64,000 nucleotides of DNA from positions 35,712,001 through 35,776,000 of the forward strand of contig NW_025963779.1 in the NCBI RefSeq assembly GCF_023055435.1. The letters are read 5' to 3'. This stretch comes from Haliotis rufescens. Taxonomy: Eukaryota. Each line of letters starts with the position of its first letter. The stretch's first letter is position 1. Below are positions 29,561 through 43,229 of this stretch, piece after piece. The translations under genes and the position numbers were made by a program. Under the pieces are notes generated by a model. It did no database searches. It was not told the DNA's origin and saw only the letters and a list, made by a program, of their open reading frames with translations.

Positions 29561-31820
29561 TCTCTTGATTGTACATGTATACTATATATAATAAGGGAGC
29601 GGTGTTGATTGAACAACACGTACCGTCTTCTAATGCCTTTTGGTAAAAGATGTATACAGCAGGGTTCTTAGTGTTAAGTTCACAGGTGGGTATTTTACTG
29701 GCTTTGATCTCTCGATTCCTGGTTAGAATACGTGCCCTGCATCCTATCGCTATCTTTGACGTACGAGGCGACTTAAGAGATCGGGTGGTCAGACTCGGTG
29801 ACTTGGCTGTGTCATCGCACCCCATCGGACATAATGCTCTGCATCTCGGAGATGCCTTCCTCGCTACCTCGTAATACTAAGGCAGGGTGGAACTATTAAT
29901 TCAGTTATGGTAAAAACCCACATGATTTGGTATTAGATTTGTTGACATTCGGGGAACCCAGCCCACAAGTGTCATCAAGTGTCCTATATTTGTCAAAAGA
30001 ATCAGCTTTAAATGAGTATTGGGTGGCCACAATGGCTGTTTAATTTGGATAGTATTTGGATAAGGACATATTTATATTCACGATACATTATAACACGATG
30101 TAAAGTCGATACACATCATGTAAAATGTGTCAAAATGAAATTTGTGATTTCATTATTCTAAAGGCATGTACAAGTATTACTGTTAATTTAATTTACCTAA
30201 GTTAACCATTTGGGCGGTATTAAATTCCTTTGAAAATATCGAGGTACGAATCGTATTGCCACAAACTGTATCGATACAACCCTTTAGACCACAACAGGCA
30301 CAGAAGCTCAACAGCTATCAGGGAGATTGCGTTTCTTTGTTGACAGGATTGTGGTCGCCCATATGTTTAACACTGTTTTGGGAGGACATTAAGGTCGCAA
30401 AGATGTAGCAATGTTGTTTTTTTCGAACGGCTTTGCAAAAATATATTTTCAAAGTGATTGAAAACAGAGACTCCCATTATATCATAGGATGCATGGCAGA
30501 TGTATCAATTACTTTGCATTCCATTGACCCTCCACATCTCCTAGTGACATGCTGCCAAATTGTATAACGGCGTAAGACAACATTCACAAAGTTGGGTGAC
30601 GGAATTAATCTGATCCCTCCCCGACCGCCACAGGGCAAGAAGAGTAGTCTCCCATGGAAAAACTGCGCCTTTTACAGACGCTTCTACCAGCAATGCCTCG
30701 CAACATTTACGTTTGAATTGTTCAAGAGTGCCTGTCCTTCAGAGAAAACAACAGACACACAAAGGATGTTTATCTGTTTATTACTACACATATGTCTGTT
30801 AAACACTGAGTAAAAATAGTCATACGGAATGTTTAATTTGTGTTGCATCTTGAGCGTTTTGATTGCCGCTCGATTAACACTGGCTATCGTGGGTTCGTCT
30901 CAACAATGACCCGTGGTATGCCCTTTCATGCTCGTGCTTCACCGTCTGTGTATGAAGATCTAATCAAGCAACACACTTTTTAAAAGTTAGTATTCAATCA
31001 GCTTGTTCACCATGTTAATCCTCACTGTATACCTGTCTTCATTACCTGTGTGTTATTTGCTATTCTTACTGACAGGTATATCTGGCTTCACTCAATTATC
31101 TGTGAGCTACTTGTTATCTATCATCTTCCTGAGGCAAGAAAGTTAACTGACTTTAAAAGTCCAGTTTCCACCCTTGCCGAACTAGGCTCGAATTACTGCG
31201 CTTGATCGCAGCGCCACCAGTGGCTATTACCAGTTATGTACCTTCTAAGCCTCTCCTATTGACCAATCAAATTCCAACTGTCGAATCACTTGCATTTGCT
31301 TCAAACAAAATGGCGGCGCCCAGTGAGGACGATCTGATCGATAATCAAAATCTATCTTGTGATAAAACGGGTCTTACATCGCGAAATGCATCAAATCACG
31401 TGAGCAGCTTGATTAAAAAACATGAAAAGATTTCGAAAATATCTGCTGACAATGAGTTGGCGTTGCATATGCTTTGCAAATCCTGCAATCAATAATGTAA
31501 ATAATGACCTTTTATCAGTAAAATATGCATTGTTAGTTCAAATAAATTTCGTGGCATAATTGAGTTATTTTACGCCGCTTTTAGCAATACTCTAGTAATT
31601 AAATGGGGGCGCCCTGACATAACCTGACATTAACTACGCTCGCTCGTTAACAGTAGCACAGTAGTAAAGGTTTGTTGGATCTGTTTATGTGATTACTAGT
31701 CATGATATTTTGTATATTCGGAAAGCAAACGTCACAAATCATGGAATGATAAATTTACGGTTACAAACAATGGTATATATCAGTATATGTGTACTACATA
31801 ACACCCGTCGAATACTGCCT

Positions 31821-34800
31821 CTAGGAGGAAGGGACAGAGGAAAAACGGGATCGTTGGACCTTCGGCTGTGGCGCCCTCTGTCCGTATTCTACCCAGGAGC
31901 CCTGCAATATATAATGACAGATGTTTGATTTACATACTCATACTCGTCCTCAAACGGGTTTCATTTCATGATTAAAAAAATAAGTCTCTTTGGCTTCCCA
32001 CCGAATATGGAAACAAATGACAGTAAGATATATCCTTATGTTTTAGGTTTGTCATAACCATACACCTGCTCGTGTGATTTACCAAAGTGGTAAACATTTG
32101 AGACCTGCATCACTTCGGGCTTTCCTCCCACATTAAGCTGACACGCCAGTGACTTAGTACTGTTCAAAGCTACGTTAAACCCATCTCATCACTCACTGAT
32201 ACAGGACAGCATCACAGAGAGGTGATGCTGTATGTGTAATCAAGCTGTACTATTGTTACGTGGGTGCCGGTGGCGGATCCTGTTCTCGACAGTATACACT
32301 TACATGGTACACCGACACGTCTCCGAGTCCGCATTCACTGGCGGCCAAGGCGAAGATACAGGCTGTCAGACCGACGTAACACGATGCTATGATGGGCTGC
32401 TTCAGTTTCACGCCTTGTTTCTGGAACACTGACCACAGAAACACATAACCAGATATTAGGTTCTCAGTACTGAACACAACCTTACAACAAAAATACCTGC
32501 TAGGCAGACACATAATGTGCTCCCATCTCCCTTAGCTGCGGGAGGCGGCGTTGTAGAACCATACTCACCCACTTGCCCTTGTTACCGTATCTCCTCAGCC
32601 GTTCACTGTTTAATATCAGCCTTTTCATATTGTCCGTTTGAAATGTCTGCCAATATGGGTAGTAGGACTTACAGCGCGCACTTCTATATATCTAATTTGC
32701 TACAAATAATAGAGAGTGAGTAAGTGAGTATGGTTTTACGCCGCTTTTAGCAATATTCCAGCAATATCACCGCGGGGGACACCAGAAATGGGCTTCACAC
32801 ATTGTACCCATGTCGGGAATCAAACCCGGGGCTTCGGCGTGACGAGCTAACGCTTTAACCACTAGGCTACCCGACCGCCCCTGCTACAAATAATAAAATA
32901 TTGTGATAATCTACAAACGAATGTCTTCTTTATTCACTTCCAAAATCGATATTTTTACATCGAAAGTTTTGAATAAGAATTCCAAATTGGAATAAGAAAT
33001 CGATCGTGGTTTGAAGGAGGTCGTCATCGTGTTTTCCAAAACCGTTTTTCGTCCTTGATCTGTTATACTTATTCAAAGCTTCAGAAAGCTTACAGTTTGT
33101 CCGAACTGAGTTAAGTTTCTTAAGTTGCTAGGATCATCCGATCGTAGGTTCGAATCCCAGATACGCAGAGATTCTGTTTCTTGATCTATGGCAATCCTAC
33201 CCTTGAGTTTGACATAAATAGGAAAGATATCTGCGACCTTCGGAATACAGTTACGCGCCACGTATGAGTTAAATATGGTCCTTGTCAGCGTTAAACCTTT
33301 ACTCACTCACTCACATACATTAAAGAAGTACTATACCGCCCGACGAGTGAAACACGTACATGCAGTCAGATCCTCTTTGGTCTTGAATGTGACACCATCT
33401 TCTTGGTACATGGAAGGATAGGGGACACTCACAGCTCCTGGTATGTGACCTGTTTGTAGGTCAAGGCCTTCCTTCTTCATGCTAAGGGCGGGCATAAACG
33501 CCTGCAGGACTGTACGACAAAGTGACGAAAACAATACCGTTAACAGGTTACATAGACGATAAAGTATTGAAACAGAATGGTTTTGTGAAGTCACGATTTT
33601 CAGTAAGTATCTCGATCGTTAATAAAACCGAACGTATGTTTATGGATGTCCCTTTAGGCATTAAAATACGTTATTCTTATTCCTAACAATATAAAATGTC
33701 CACTGTCGTCGAAAGACAATTAACGTCGCTTGTGTTTAAATCGTCCCTCGGAACAACCGCCATTTGGCAATCTGACAGCTCGTTACGGGTCGCCGTGCAA
33801 AGGGTAGATAACTCTTAATGAGTGAGTATGGTTTTGCGCCGCATTTAGCAATATTCCAGCAATATAACGGCGGGGGACACCAGAAATGGGCTTCACACAT
33901 TGTACCAATGTCGAGTATCGAACCCGGGTCTTCGTCGTGACGAGCGAACGCTTTAACCACTAGGCTACCCGATCGCCCCAACTCTTAATGAAAAGGACAG
34001 CGAACTTGCAATACATGAAGGTATGACGATAACGTGACCTGCATCTCTACCCTATATTTGTGGCATTGCTCTGCATCTGAATGCTTGACCTACATGTGAA
34101 TGCTTGAGTGGATGTTGTTTCACGCCGCACATGGTCGCTATACTCCAGCTACATCGCGGCGGCTTGTAAATATTTGAGTCTGGGCAAAGCAAACCAATGG
34201 TCGATCGTATGAGCAACAACCCACGCCGTCAGGGTATGAATACGTACTTTCAGTTATACCCCACCTAATCTGCCCCGGATTTGAACCAGCCTGCTACATA
34301 ACATACATTTTTACTATACATCTTTTGATTAGGTTGTATTTCCATATCTGAGACTGCAAGCTGTTTTGATCTGACAGTAAGGCTTCAATTGTATTCTGGA
34401 GGCAAGGCCGTAGTAAACTGTTTCTATAAAAAAAATCCAAGGGAAGCAACTGCCCCCCCCCCCCCCCCCCCCCCCCCACACACACACACGCGCACTGGGA
34501 GGAAGTTACTCACACAGAGATGGCTCCTGCTCCTCGCCGGCGAAGTTTTCTGGAGGTCTTGTGTCCACCAGTTGTTTATCAGCGGAGGTCATGATGTCAT
34601 TGTAGGACGCCAGTAAACCTTTATCTATTGTTACAGTCACATCTCCATTCTGATGGGAAAATAGTGAGAAGAATGCAGTGGATAGATAGATGGGTGGATG
34701 GATGGATGGATGGATGGATGAGTAATGTGGTGGACAGCCAGCCAGAGAGATCATCTTCATTTTCTCAAAAGGGCTGACGATATATTGATAATAAATATAA

Positions 34801-36681
34801 TTGTATTTTACAGTTACATGATGTGGGGCATATGGTTTGTACACTGTACAGGTAATGCATCTTCCCGAGGCAAGAGAGTTAACTGACTCAATAATCAATA
34901 TTTATATTGTGATAAAACGGGTCTTACATCGCGAAATGCGTCAAATCACGTGAGAACCTTGATTAAAAACATGAAAAGATTTGGAAAATATCTGTTGACA
35001 ACGAGTTGGCGGTGCACAGTTTTGCAAATCCTGCAATCGACCGAAATATGCACGACAGTTTACGAACCGGACTATGCATAGAGGTTACACACAACCAAAT
35101 GTTTTCCCATAGACTTCTTTAGTAACGTTATATTTAAAAAGAATTTAACTAAGCATTCAACAGCTATCACCTGTACGTGTGTGCACAGTTTGGCCTTAGA
35201 GCAGCAATAGAAACATAAAAAATGACTAGCTTAGTCAGCTCCTTTTCCGAGTACAGGAAGCTAAACACACCACCCACAGTTTCGCAACAAATGTCACCTA
35301 CTTGAAAATAGCTGTGGTCACATTCAGCATAAGTGATCATGTTGAAAAAGACAGTACTAAATATAGAAAAACATGGTCAGTTTTAATAACTGGATGGATG
35401 TACATTTGAAAGACATAAAAATCTTACAGAATATCCTCCAATCACAGCCTGCAGATATCTCTCGATCTGCACTGAAGGCAAGAAAACCGCACTGTCCCAA
35501 CTGGTTCTGATTTGGTGTAGTAGAACCTAGACCCGTTAGTCCAGCCAAAATGTAACTCCATAATTCCAGCTTAGTTCGGCAAGGGTGGAAACTAGACTTT
35601 TATAGTCAGTTAACTCTCTTGCCTCGGGAAGATGAAGGCAATGTCACAGCGTTATCATAGAAAGCTATTAACGTTTTTTTCCACAATTGAAATGTTTTAC
35701 ATACAAGAAGCATTATATTAATCCACAAATTGTGTAGAGTTACCTGATGGTAAATTTTGCGTTGATACAAGAAACATTTAATTCCCGTCGGTACATTTAC
35801 ATTCGACGTCATTGCGATGCAATATATAGTTTAATTATGTTTAGTCTACACCAGATCGATCTACTCTACATCGCAGGCAGTAAGGGGACAGTAGGGGATA
35901 GCAGAACTCAACCTCCCTCTTCCCTCACCGCACCCTCTTCAAAATAACAGAAACCCTATATACACTCATTCACTCATTGACTCACTCACTCACTGACACA
36001 TGCATACAATGAATGTATGTATATTACATAAATATGCCATCCCTACCCAACCCACCAGTTGAGAAAGTGGTTCCACGCTATCCCTAAGTCCTGGGTCCAC
36101 CCCAGAAGCGTGAAGTCCCCTACCTGATGTTGTGTTGTCTTATCAGACACAGGGTACCCTTCAGACCGCCAGCGCTTCAGACCGCCGTCTAGGACTGATA
36201 CGTTCCGTATCCCATACGCCTGGACAGGCAGAGAGAAAGTGAGAGTACATATTGCTTCAGACCGCCGTCTAGGACTGATACGTTCCGTATCCCATACGCC
36301 TGGACAGGCAGATAGAGAGAGTGAGAGTACATATTGCTTCGGACCACCGTCTAGGACTGATACGTTCCGTATCCAATACGCCTGGACAGGCAGATAGAGA
36401 GAGTGAGAGTACATATTGCTTCGGACCACCGTCTAGGACTGATACGTTCCGTATCCCATACGCCTGGACAGGCAGATAGAGAGAGTGAGAGTACATATTG
36501 CTTCGGACCACCGTCTAGGACTGATACGTTCCGTATCCCATACGCCTGGACAGGCAGATAGAGAGAGTGAGAGTACATATTGCTTCGGACCACCGTCTAG
36601 GACTGATACGTTCCGTATCCCATACGCCTGGACAGGCAGAGAGAGAGAGAGAGAGAGAATGAGAGTACATATTGCTTCGGA

Positions 36682-36747
<66 letters not shown>

Positions 36748-39700
36748 CTAAATAAATATTTCCAGAGTAGAAATTGCATTACGCCGCGTCAGCAGTTTTA
36801 CAGCCATTCGCGGCGATGAACATAAAATAAACATTTACAACATATAGTGTACACAGTTCACAGAAAATCACAGAAATTACTCATCTTTCTCTATCAAACA
36901 TGTTACAATACAGGGCCAAGTTCCACAAAGGTATCTTATCTCGAAAACTAAACTAGAGACCCAAGAGAACCTATACCCATGAGCTGATTTTATCATATGT
37001 TTGATTTTTCAGTTGAAAATATCTTATAGTTGGCGATATTATATTAAAAAGGTAGGGATCATGAATATTTTGGCGGATTATGCAGTGATTGAGCACACAA
37101 TTTAATAAAAAATATCCCCCCAAATCTCCATGACCCCTGTAACGTTTGGTCAGTATATATGGCCGGTTGTGTTGATAGAACTGCAGGACAGAAAGTCACC
37201 GATCTTCTCATGTAATAATCATTCTGCCGAAGATAACAATTTACTGAAATAAATAAATAAAAATCTGCTCTGAATCAATGTATTTATTTCATTATATTTA
37301 TTTATTATTTAATGAAGTGTATTGCCGCGATCGATGTTATTATTTTTAGACAGTATCAGTGGCTGTAACCCCAAACCCTTTTCATGGTCATTCCTTTTGA
37401 CACATAACTTATTTAATCGAAATAGTCAGTGTACTTATTAAAGATAAATGGTTTTGGAACTGGAGGTATTAAGGTTTCCGCGATATTCTTTAATATACAC
37501 ATTCTTTAATATACACTCGCAAAATCAGAAACAGGGAGCCATTTAAAGACTTAGTTAGACTGACTGTTAAAACGTTATCGTTGAGTGAATCTTATCTATG
37601 TAATATCGATCAGTAGATGTCGGGCAATAAAAGAGATTAGTCAGATCGTAAACAATATTTACTCGCAACATCCACCATGCTCTTGGCGCGGCAAACCCAT
37701 GAAGGTCCGTGTTTTCATACAGAATCACATGACTGGATGTATTAATCCCGAGAGATCTCGCGTAATCTTGAAATTCCGCCGGATCTGGTACATTCACTGG
37801 CAGGTGTTTTGTTGGCGTTGTGCTTTTGAACAAGTTCAAGAACTGGGCACCGTCTATATGGGCACTGAAACAGAGAAATGGAGTATTAGGGACAACGCTA
37901 AGAGAGTGGGAAGTAATATATTTCAGTAAGTGTGTCGTCTTGTATTGTTACAGAATAAAACATATCATGAACCGTATCGTCACATGAAAACACATAATGG
38001 CCCGGTGCACTGATGTATTGTTACACCCCTAGTCAACAGATACTTTTTGTTTGAATTTTTTCATTTTTCAAATTTCAAAGATAGAGAAGATCAGGCAAAT
38101 AAACGTAAAGGTTTGCAAGGTTTTTCTTCTGACAATGTCAACTTTTCAGGGGTTTTATATGTTAAGTCAATACCTAACAGCTCTAATCTTCATATTTGTA
38201 TCCTGAAATGTCTTCAGCAACCCATTCTTGCCACAGAAGGCGAATAGGCGTAAGAGGCGACTAACCGGATCAGGTGGTCAGGCTGGCTAGGCTGGCTGAC
38301 TTGGTTGATGCATATCATCGTGTTCCAGTTGTGTGGATTGAAGCTCATGATGTCAATCACTGGATTGTCTGGTCCGGATTTGATTATTTACAGACCGCCG
38401 TGTGTCCGAAATAATTGCCTGTCCGTGTCTGGCAGATTATTTAAAGACTACTTACGTTTCAGTTTTATCATAACTCCTCGTAGATTTTCAAGTAATTGCT
38501 TGCTTTATTTCAGCTGAATCTAGATGAGAATTGCCTCCTTGTTTTTTTTGCGAATTTTCAATATTTATAATATCTGAATGCGTGCAGGTAACTTTGAAGA
38601 TGGACAGACAGCATTTATGGGTCACCTGTCCGACTGCCATGTTGATTTTTAAAATTATTTCAAACACTGGTATGAAAGCCATATGTTTCTGAAAACTGAT
38701 GCTCTACGGTAGAAGTCGTACCTATAGTAAGCAAATTCATGTACATGCACAGTGTTATTAATTTCGTGTTCCTCTAATAGGTATCTCAAGAACCAGTTAC
38801 AATTGTACCAGATGTGGTACGGAATAAAATTTGGTCCCCCCTAAATTTAATTATTTTTGAATAATATCCACAATGAACGTCAATCTCGACGTTACACTCA
38901 ACATTAAGGTCAAGTTGTCGTTTCCATGTCAAGTTGTTTACACGCTTCTGATTGGTTGGATTTGACGTAATCACTTTCATGTATTCACCCACCAATTAGG
39001 ATTTGCAGCACATTTTGATAATTGTGTTCTGATATTGATTAGTAACACTTATTATTAAATATGTTTATAAGGATTGACTATTACTTTTTGGTTCATTGAG
39101 TTATGAATTGAAAATTGATATATAAATACTTGTAATAATGTGGGATAAAGTTATCAAATCAACAGCTTTTATTTTCAACCTAGAAAACGGTTTTATAATT
39201 CACAGTAATCAACTGATATATCTATTCATGATTGTCTTACAAGGTACATGGAAATATTGTTTGTATTGTGATAACTTGTCATGAAAGGTGTAAGAAGTCT
39301 CGCATCACACCGCATTATAGTAGTAATTGAGATATAAATGTAACACTTTGAACTAACCTTGTTCAGTGCATTTAAAGGTGCAGGTAACGTATTCTTTCCC
39401 TGCTTTGTTATACAAGGTTCATACAGGCTTGAAAAAACCTTGAATTTTGTGGTTCCTCTTGAAAAGTCTTGATTTTTAGTGTCAATCTTGAAAAGCCTTG
39501 AAAATCACCAATCCACGTTCTTTATGACTCAACGGATATGTTTAACACATCAGGGAAGCGGAGAAAAAACAAGATTCGTTCTTGTTCTATTCCAAGGCAA
39601 AAATCCATCTTTCATGAACCTTTTTGTGTCTTTATGCCTAATATATCCACAATTAACAAAAATATGTAATACATGTATCTACAAAAAATATATGTACAGG

Positions 39701-40172
39701 CTTTTCAACCTAGAGAACGGTTTTATAATTCAGTTATCAACTGATATATCTATTCATGATTGTCTTACAAGGTACATGGAAATATTGTTTGTATTTTGTT
39801 CAGGCTAGGTATTAGCCCACAGCAACACCTGCATAACTGTTTTTTCACGCGTGGTGTGGCAGAATAATAAAACGGGAGCAGGCATTGTAGACGCACCTGT
39901 AAATTAGGCCGACTCTGTAACTAGATATCCGCGGATTATTCGCAATATTTTGCAGAACACGATAACAAAATTTTGCGTTGTAGTGTACAGCGTACAATTG
40001 AGCCACATGAGATACACGGATCATTTCCCAATGTTTATAAATTATCCTTACCTTTTGAGTCTTCGTCACCTAAACCATTGATTGTAATAGTTGTGTCAAA
40101 TACTCTCAACTCTGGAGCACGCTTTTCCAATTGGTTTGCCAGCCATTTGGGAGTCACGAGAGGTGTCGCCAT
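31821..40172 (-). CDS. Two-domain rhodanese / TST-MPST-family sulfurtransferase, paralog A; exons 40172-40052, 37864-37663, 36219-36124, 34649-34514, 33509-33360, 32428-32304, 31901-31821
   Basis: Manual splicing, all introns GT..AG. Motifs LVTPKWL, HIDGAQF, RAWWMLR, VSVLDGGL, VDTR, GHIPGAV, SCYVGLTAC, YHGSWVEY. Internal exon sizes 202/96/136/150/125 are identical to paralog B. Exon 1 is 121 nt, 1 nt short of the phase required. Confidence 0.9.
32712..32881 (-). mobile_element. SINE family A
   Basis: Near-identical to the 63452 copy; TSD tgctacaaataata. Confidence 0.9.
33820..33980 (-). mobile_element. SINE family A
   Basis: Same consensus; TSD aactcttaatga. Confidence 0.9.
34858..35634. 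mobile_element. MITE family E with an internal deletion and foreign insert
   Basis: Same TIRs; TSD caggtaatg / aaggcaatg. Partial copies at 31122-31490 and 55028-55057. Confidence 0.82.
36175..36690. repeat. 80-82-bp tandem repeat (6 copies) of an intron/exon junction of paralog A
   Basis: Acceptor AG recurs at 36220, 36300, 36382, 36464, 36546, 36628. Confidence 0.95.
38200..38400 (+). mobile_element. SINE-like family B, partial
   Basis: gtcttcagcaaccc...gtaagaggcgactaa...ggattgtctggtcc. Confidence 0.75.
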
Positions 40173-40479
40173 ATTCTCGTTTGACCTGAGGTGACCTGAT
40201 AGACGCACATGTCTTCCGTCATGAATGGATCACCTAATCTCGACGAGGAATGTACCCTGCCATACAAGGCGTTCATTTATGGTAACAGCTCTCTTGCCGA
40301 ACGGGGACTTGGCAGTTGTGTCAGAGTAAGTTGAACCTGTTCTCATTTGTAGTTCCTTACATAATGTGAGACTTTACACTCCAATCGTAAGCGCAAGTAC
40401 TATGCTTACTTCCCCCTCTCTTTTTCGAAATATTTCACAAATATAAATACTAATAATGACACAACATCGGGTACACATT

Positions 40480-42060
40480 ACTATTAAATGTCCGATCCAA
40501 ACAATCCAACAAATTTATTAAAGTGACTGCCATGTCTGTCCTCAGTGTGGATGTCAATGGATGTGTTCAAAAGCGACGCAACAGCAACTATTTCAACATC
40601 GGTTGCCCAAACAGAATTTTTCTGCATTTCACTTTCAACAAAGTAGAGGTTAATGTCTTCATGGCCAGAGTAGTTTTCAAAATGACTTTTGTACCTGTCA
40701 TCTTGTAGGAGATCTACAACATGATGTCTGATGTTCGTATCCTTCAGTTCCTGTCACTTCTTTTGATATAGCTCTAAATAGGTAGTTGGCATCACCTTGG
40801 ACAACATCAACTTCTGTAGGTTCGCTAAGAATCAGTCCCGGAGTTCTCTGTGATGTCACACCTCTTGATGTTGGAAGGCCAAGTTTCTGACTCTGGAATC
40901 GTCTCCACTCTTTGTCAGTTGGCCGAAATTCTTGGCCTGAGGTTTCTACAGAGCTTATAACGACATCATCCCTGTCAACATTCGTAGGGTCGTCGTTCGA
41001 GGATGTTAGTGTGGGGCTGCTGTTTGAAGTTGAGCATGGCTGAATATCATCTTGCAGACGGTCTGGCTGAATATCATCTTGCAGACGGTCTCTGTACAGT
41101 TTCAGGTTGCATCCGTTCATCTTAGATTTTGGAATAGTGGACGTCTTGGGGTTCTTCAACTCAAAGAGTCATTTGCCAATGCTTCGGTTAATGATGAATG
41201 GCCCATTCCATGCATCAACATGTTTGCCTCCTTTCCTATATGCACGAAGAGTGTTCCACACTAACACTTGATCACCTTCGGTGAGGATCTTCTTTGAAGA
41301 ATGTCTTGCGTTGTAGTCTCTTTTCTGGCGCTTTTGTGCAGCTCTTATGTTGCTGCTGGCTTTGGGATACACAACATTCTGCAGACTGTCAAACGAGGAT
41401 ACTCTGGCTTTCAGTGATGCACTATCAAAGTCTGCTACAGAACTCTTCATTACCTTCTCTTCAACAGGTTCACGTCTAATGTCTACAGGAAGCACAGCGT
41501 CCCTCCCATACATCAGAAAAAACGCACTGAACCTCTGTCAGTTGGTATTAAAGGCAAACCGAACTCCAGGTAGCGCTTGTGGCCATTCTTCTTGATGCCC
41601 TTCCAGTGTCTTCAACAAAGATCGCTGAATTGTCTGATTATTTCTCTCAACGAGTTTATTGGCCTGGGTATAATAGGCACTGGTTATTCGTTGCACTGTT
41701 CCAGTCAGTCCGTGCAGCTCATGTGAAACTTGGTTCACAAATTCACGACCTTGATCGTTAATCTGGATACTTGGTATTCCATGGCCGGAGATAGTTTCAT
41801 ACAGGAAGGTTGCAACACTTGCAGCAGTTTTGTCTTTCAGGGGCTTAGCTTCTATCCACTTGGTTAAGTAGTCAACTGAGACAAGATGCAGCAGAATCAT
41901 TCATCAGTAGTTGGCAGAGAGTAGAGAGCTACACCGACTTGTTTCCAAGGATTGAATCGAGTTCAGGTGATGATTTATGAAATTTCGTACTGGATCTCTG
42001 GCATCTGTCACATGTGGATACATGTAACCTCACATCTTCCACCAAAATCTGAAACCAAAA
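40480..42060 (-). mobile_element. Degenerate Gypsy-like integrase fused to an OTU-like protease (Ginger1-type DNA transposon relic)
   Basis: CDRC zinc motif, VDYLTKWIEA, DQGREFVN, SAY..QAN..VER, WNGPF, then GDANYLFRAIS and WATDVEI (OTU-like). Several frameshifts; no RT or gag seen nearby. Confidence 0.7.
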
Positions 42061-42657
42061 GCAATATTTAGAGATTGTATACAGTGATTGTACACTGAAA
42101 ACATGTCCAATAAGCATGGGATAAGTTAATTAATTATCATCAAATCAAGTAATGAATTATGGTATATGCAAAAATACGTTAGGTAAATGTTATGGAGTAA
42201 GGATTTATTACAGACAGATTCATTTTGATATTTATTTTTAGTAGTATTCTGCTCAAAGGAATACTTTTCCATGTCTTGTCAGGTTTGCATGACACACGTT
42301 CTGGTACAGCTGTACTTGTCCTTAGATTGAATACTGCTGGGGAACATGTTCATACAGATGCTCCAGAAATAATGTTTTAGTTTTTGTCACTTTCAGACAG
42401 ACATCAGTTTACTTCATATTTAACAGATTTTGTCAAAATATGAGACAATGTTTTTGTTTTTTTATTTTTAAAGAAAATATTTTTATCATTAATACCTTCA
42501 TGTTAAAAAGTGTCTGTGTTCAAGATTACATTAAAGGAAGGATTTAGAAATTCAATATAAATTTGCTCACGTGAGGCACTGTCTTCATCAGCTGATGAAC
42601 GCCAACAAATACAACTTCAATCCTTATTTTGACAGATACATAACTCATAACAAAACT

Positions 42658-42939
42658 GGGGGCACAGGTGGCCCAGTCGTCTAAGGCGCCGCGATTCGCT
42701 GTGCAGAGTTGCGTCCCTTGGGCACGCCAGAAACCTATGATTGTGGGTTCGAATCCCGGTTCGCCCCGATTATGTTTCTAGGTTTGTCAGCACCATACCC
42801 GTCCTCGTGGGTTTCACCGAAGTGGTAAACGTCTGAGACCTGCATCACTTCGGGCTTTCCTCCCACATTAAGCTGACACGCCGCGATATAACTGGAATAC
42901 TGTTAAAAGCGGCGTTAAACCCAACTCACTCACTCACTC
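42658..42939 (+). mobile_element. tRNA-derived SINE family C
   Basis: A box tggcccagtcgtctaagg, B box ggttcgaatccc, (ctca)n tail, TSD ctcataacaaaact. Partial copies at ~28610-28770 and ~32040-32197. Confidence 0.88.
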
Positions 42940-43229
42940 ATAACAAAACTATCCATTAAACATCAAACTTTAATTATTTAAAGCGAACTATATCAACGCG
43001 GAGAGTCGTGACGTCATCCGTCCCAAACCTTCCATTTGGAGTGACATCCCTTTGGTAGAAAATGGCGGCTACGGAAATGTTATTCACTTGAAATGAGCAC
43101 CAGAAAAAGTAAGCGTTGGAAAGAAATCCAGACGCGGCTGATGCTGAAAATGGATTGATATTAACGGTCTGTGAACTTTGATGATGACGGGGATTACCGA
43201 TTGAGGTGGTGCGGTTGGATTTCCCGAAG

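Noticed and set aside
36175-36690. Repeat units as separately spliced mini-exons
   Set aside because: The GT..AG spacing between units would be only ~30 nt with a weak donor (GTACTC), too short for normal spliceosomal introns.
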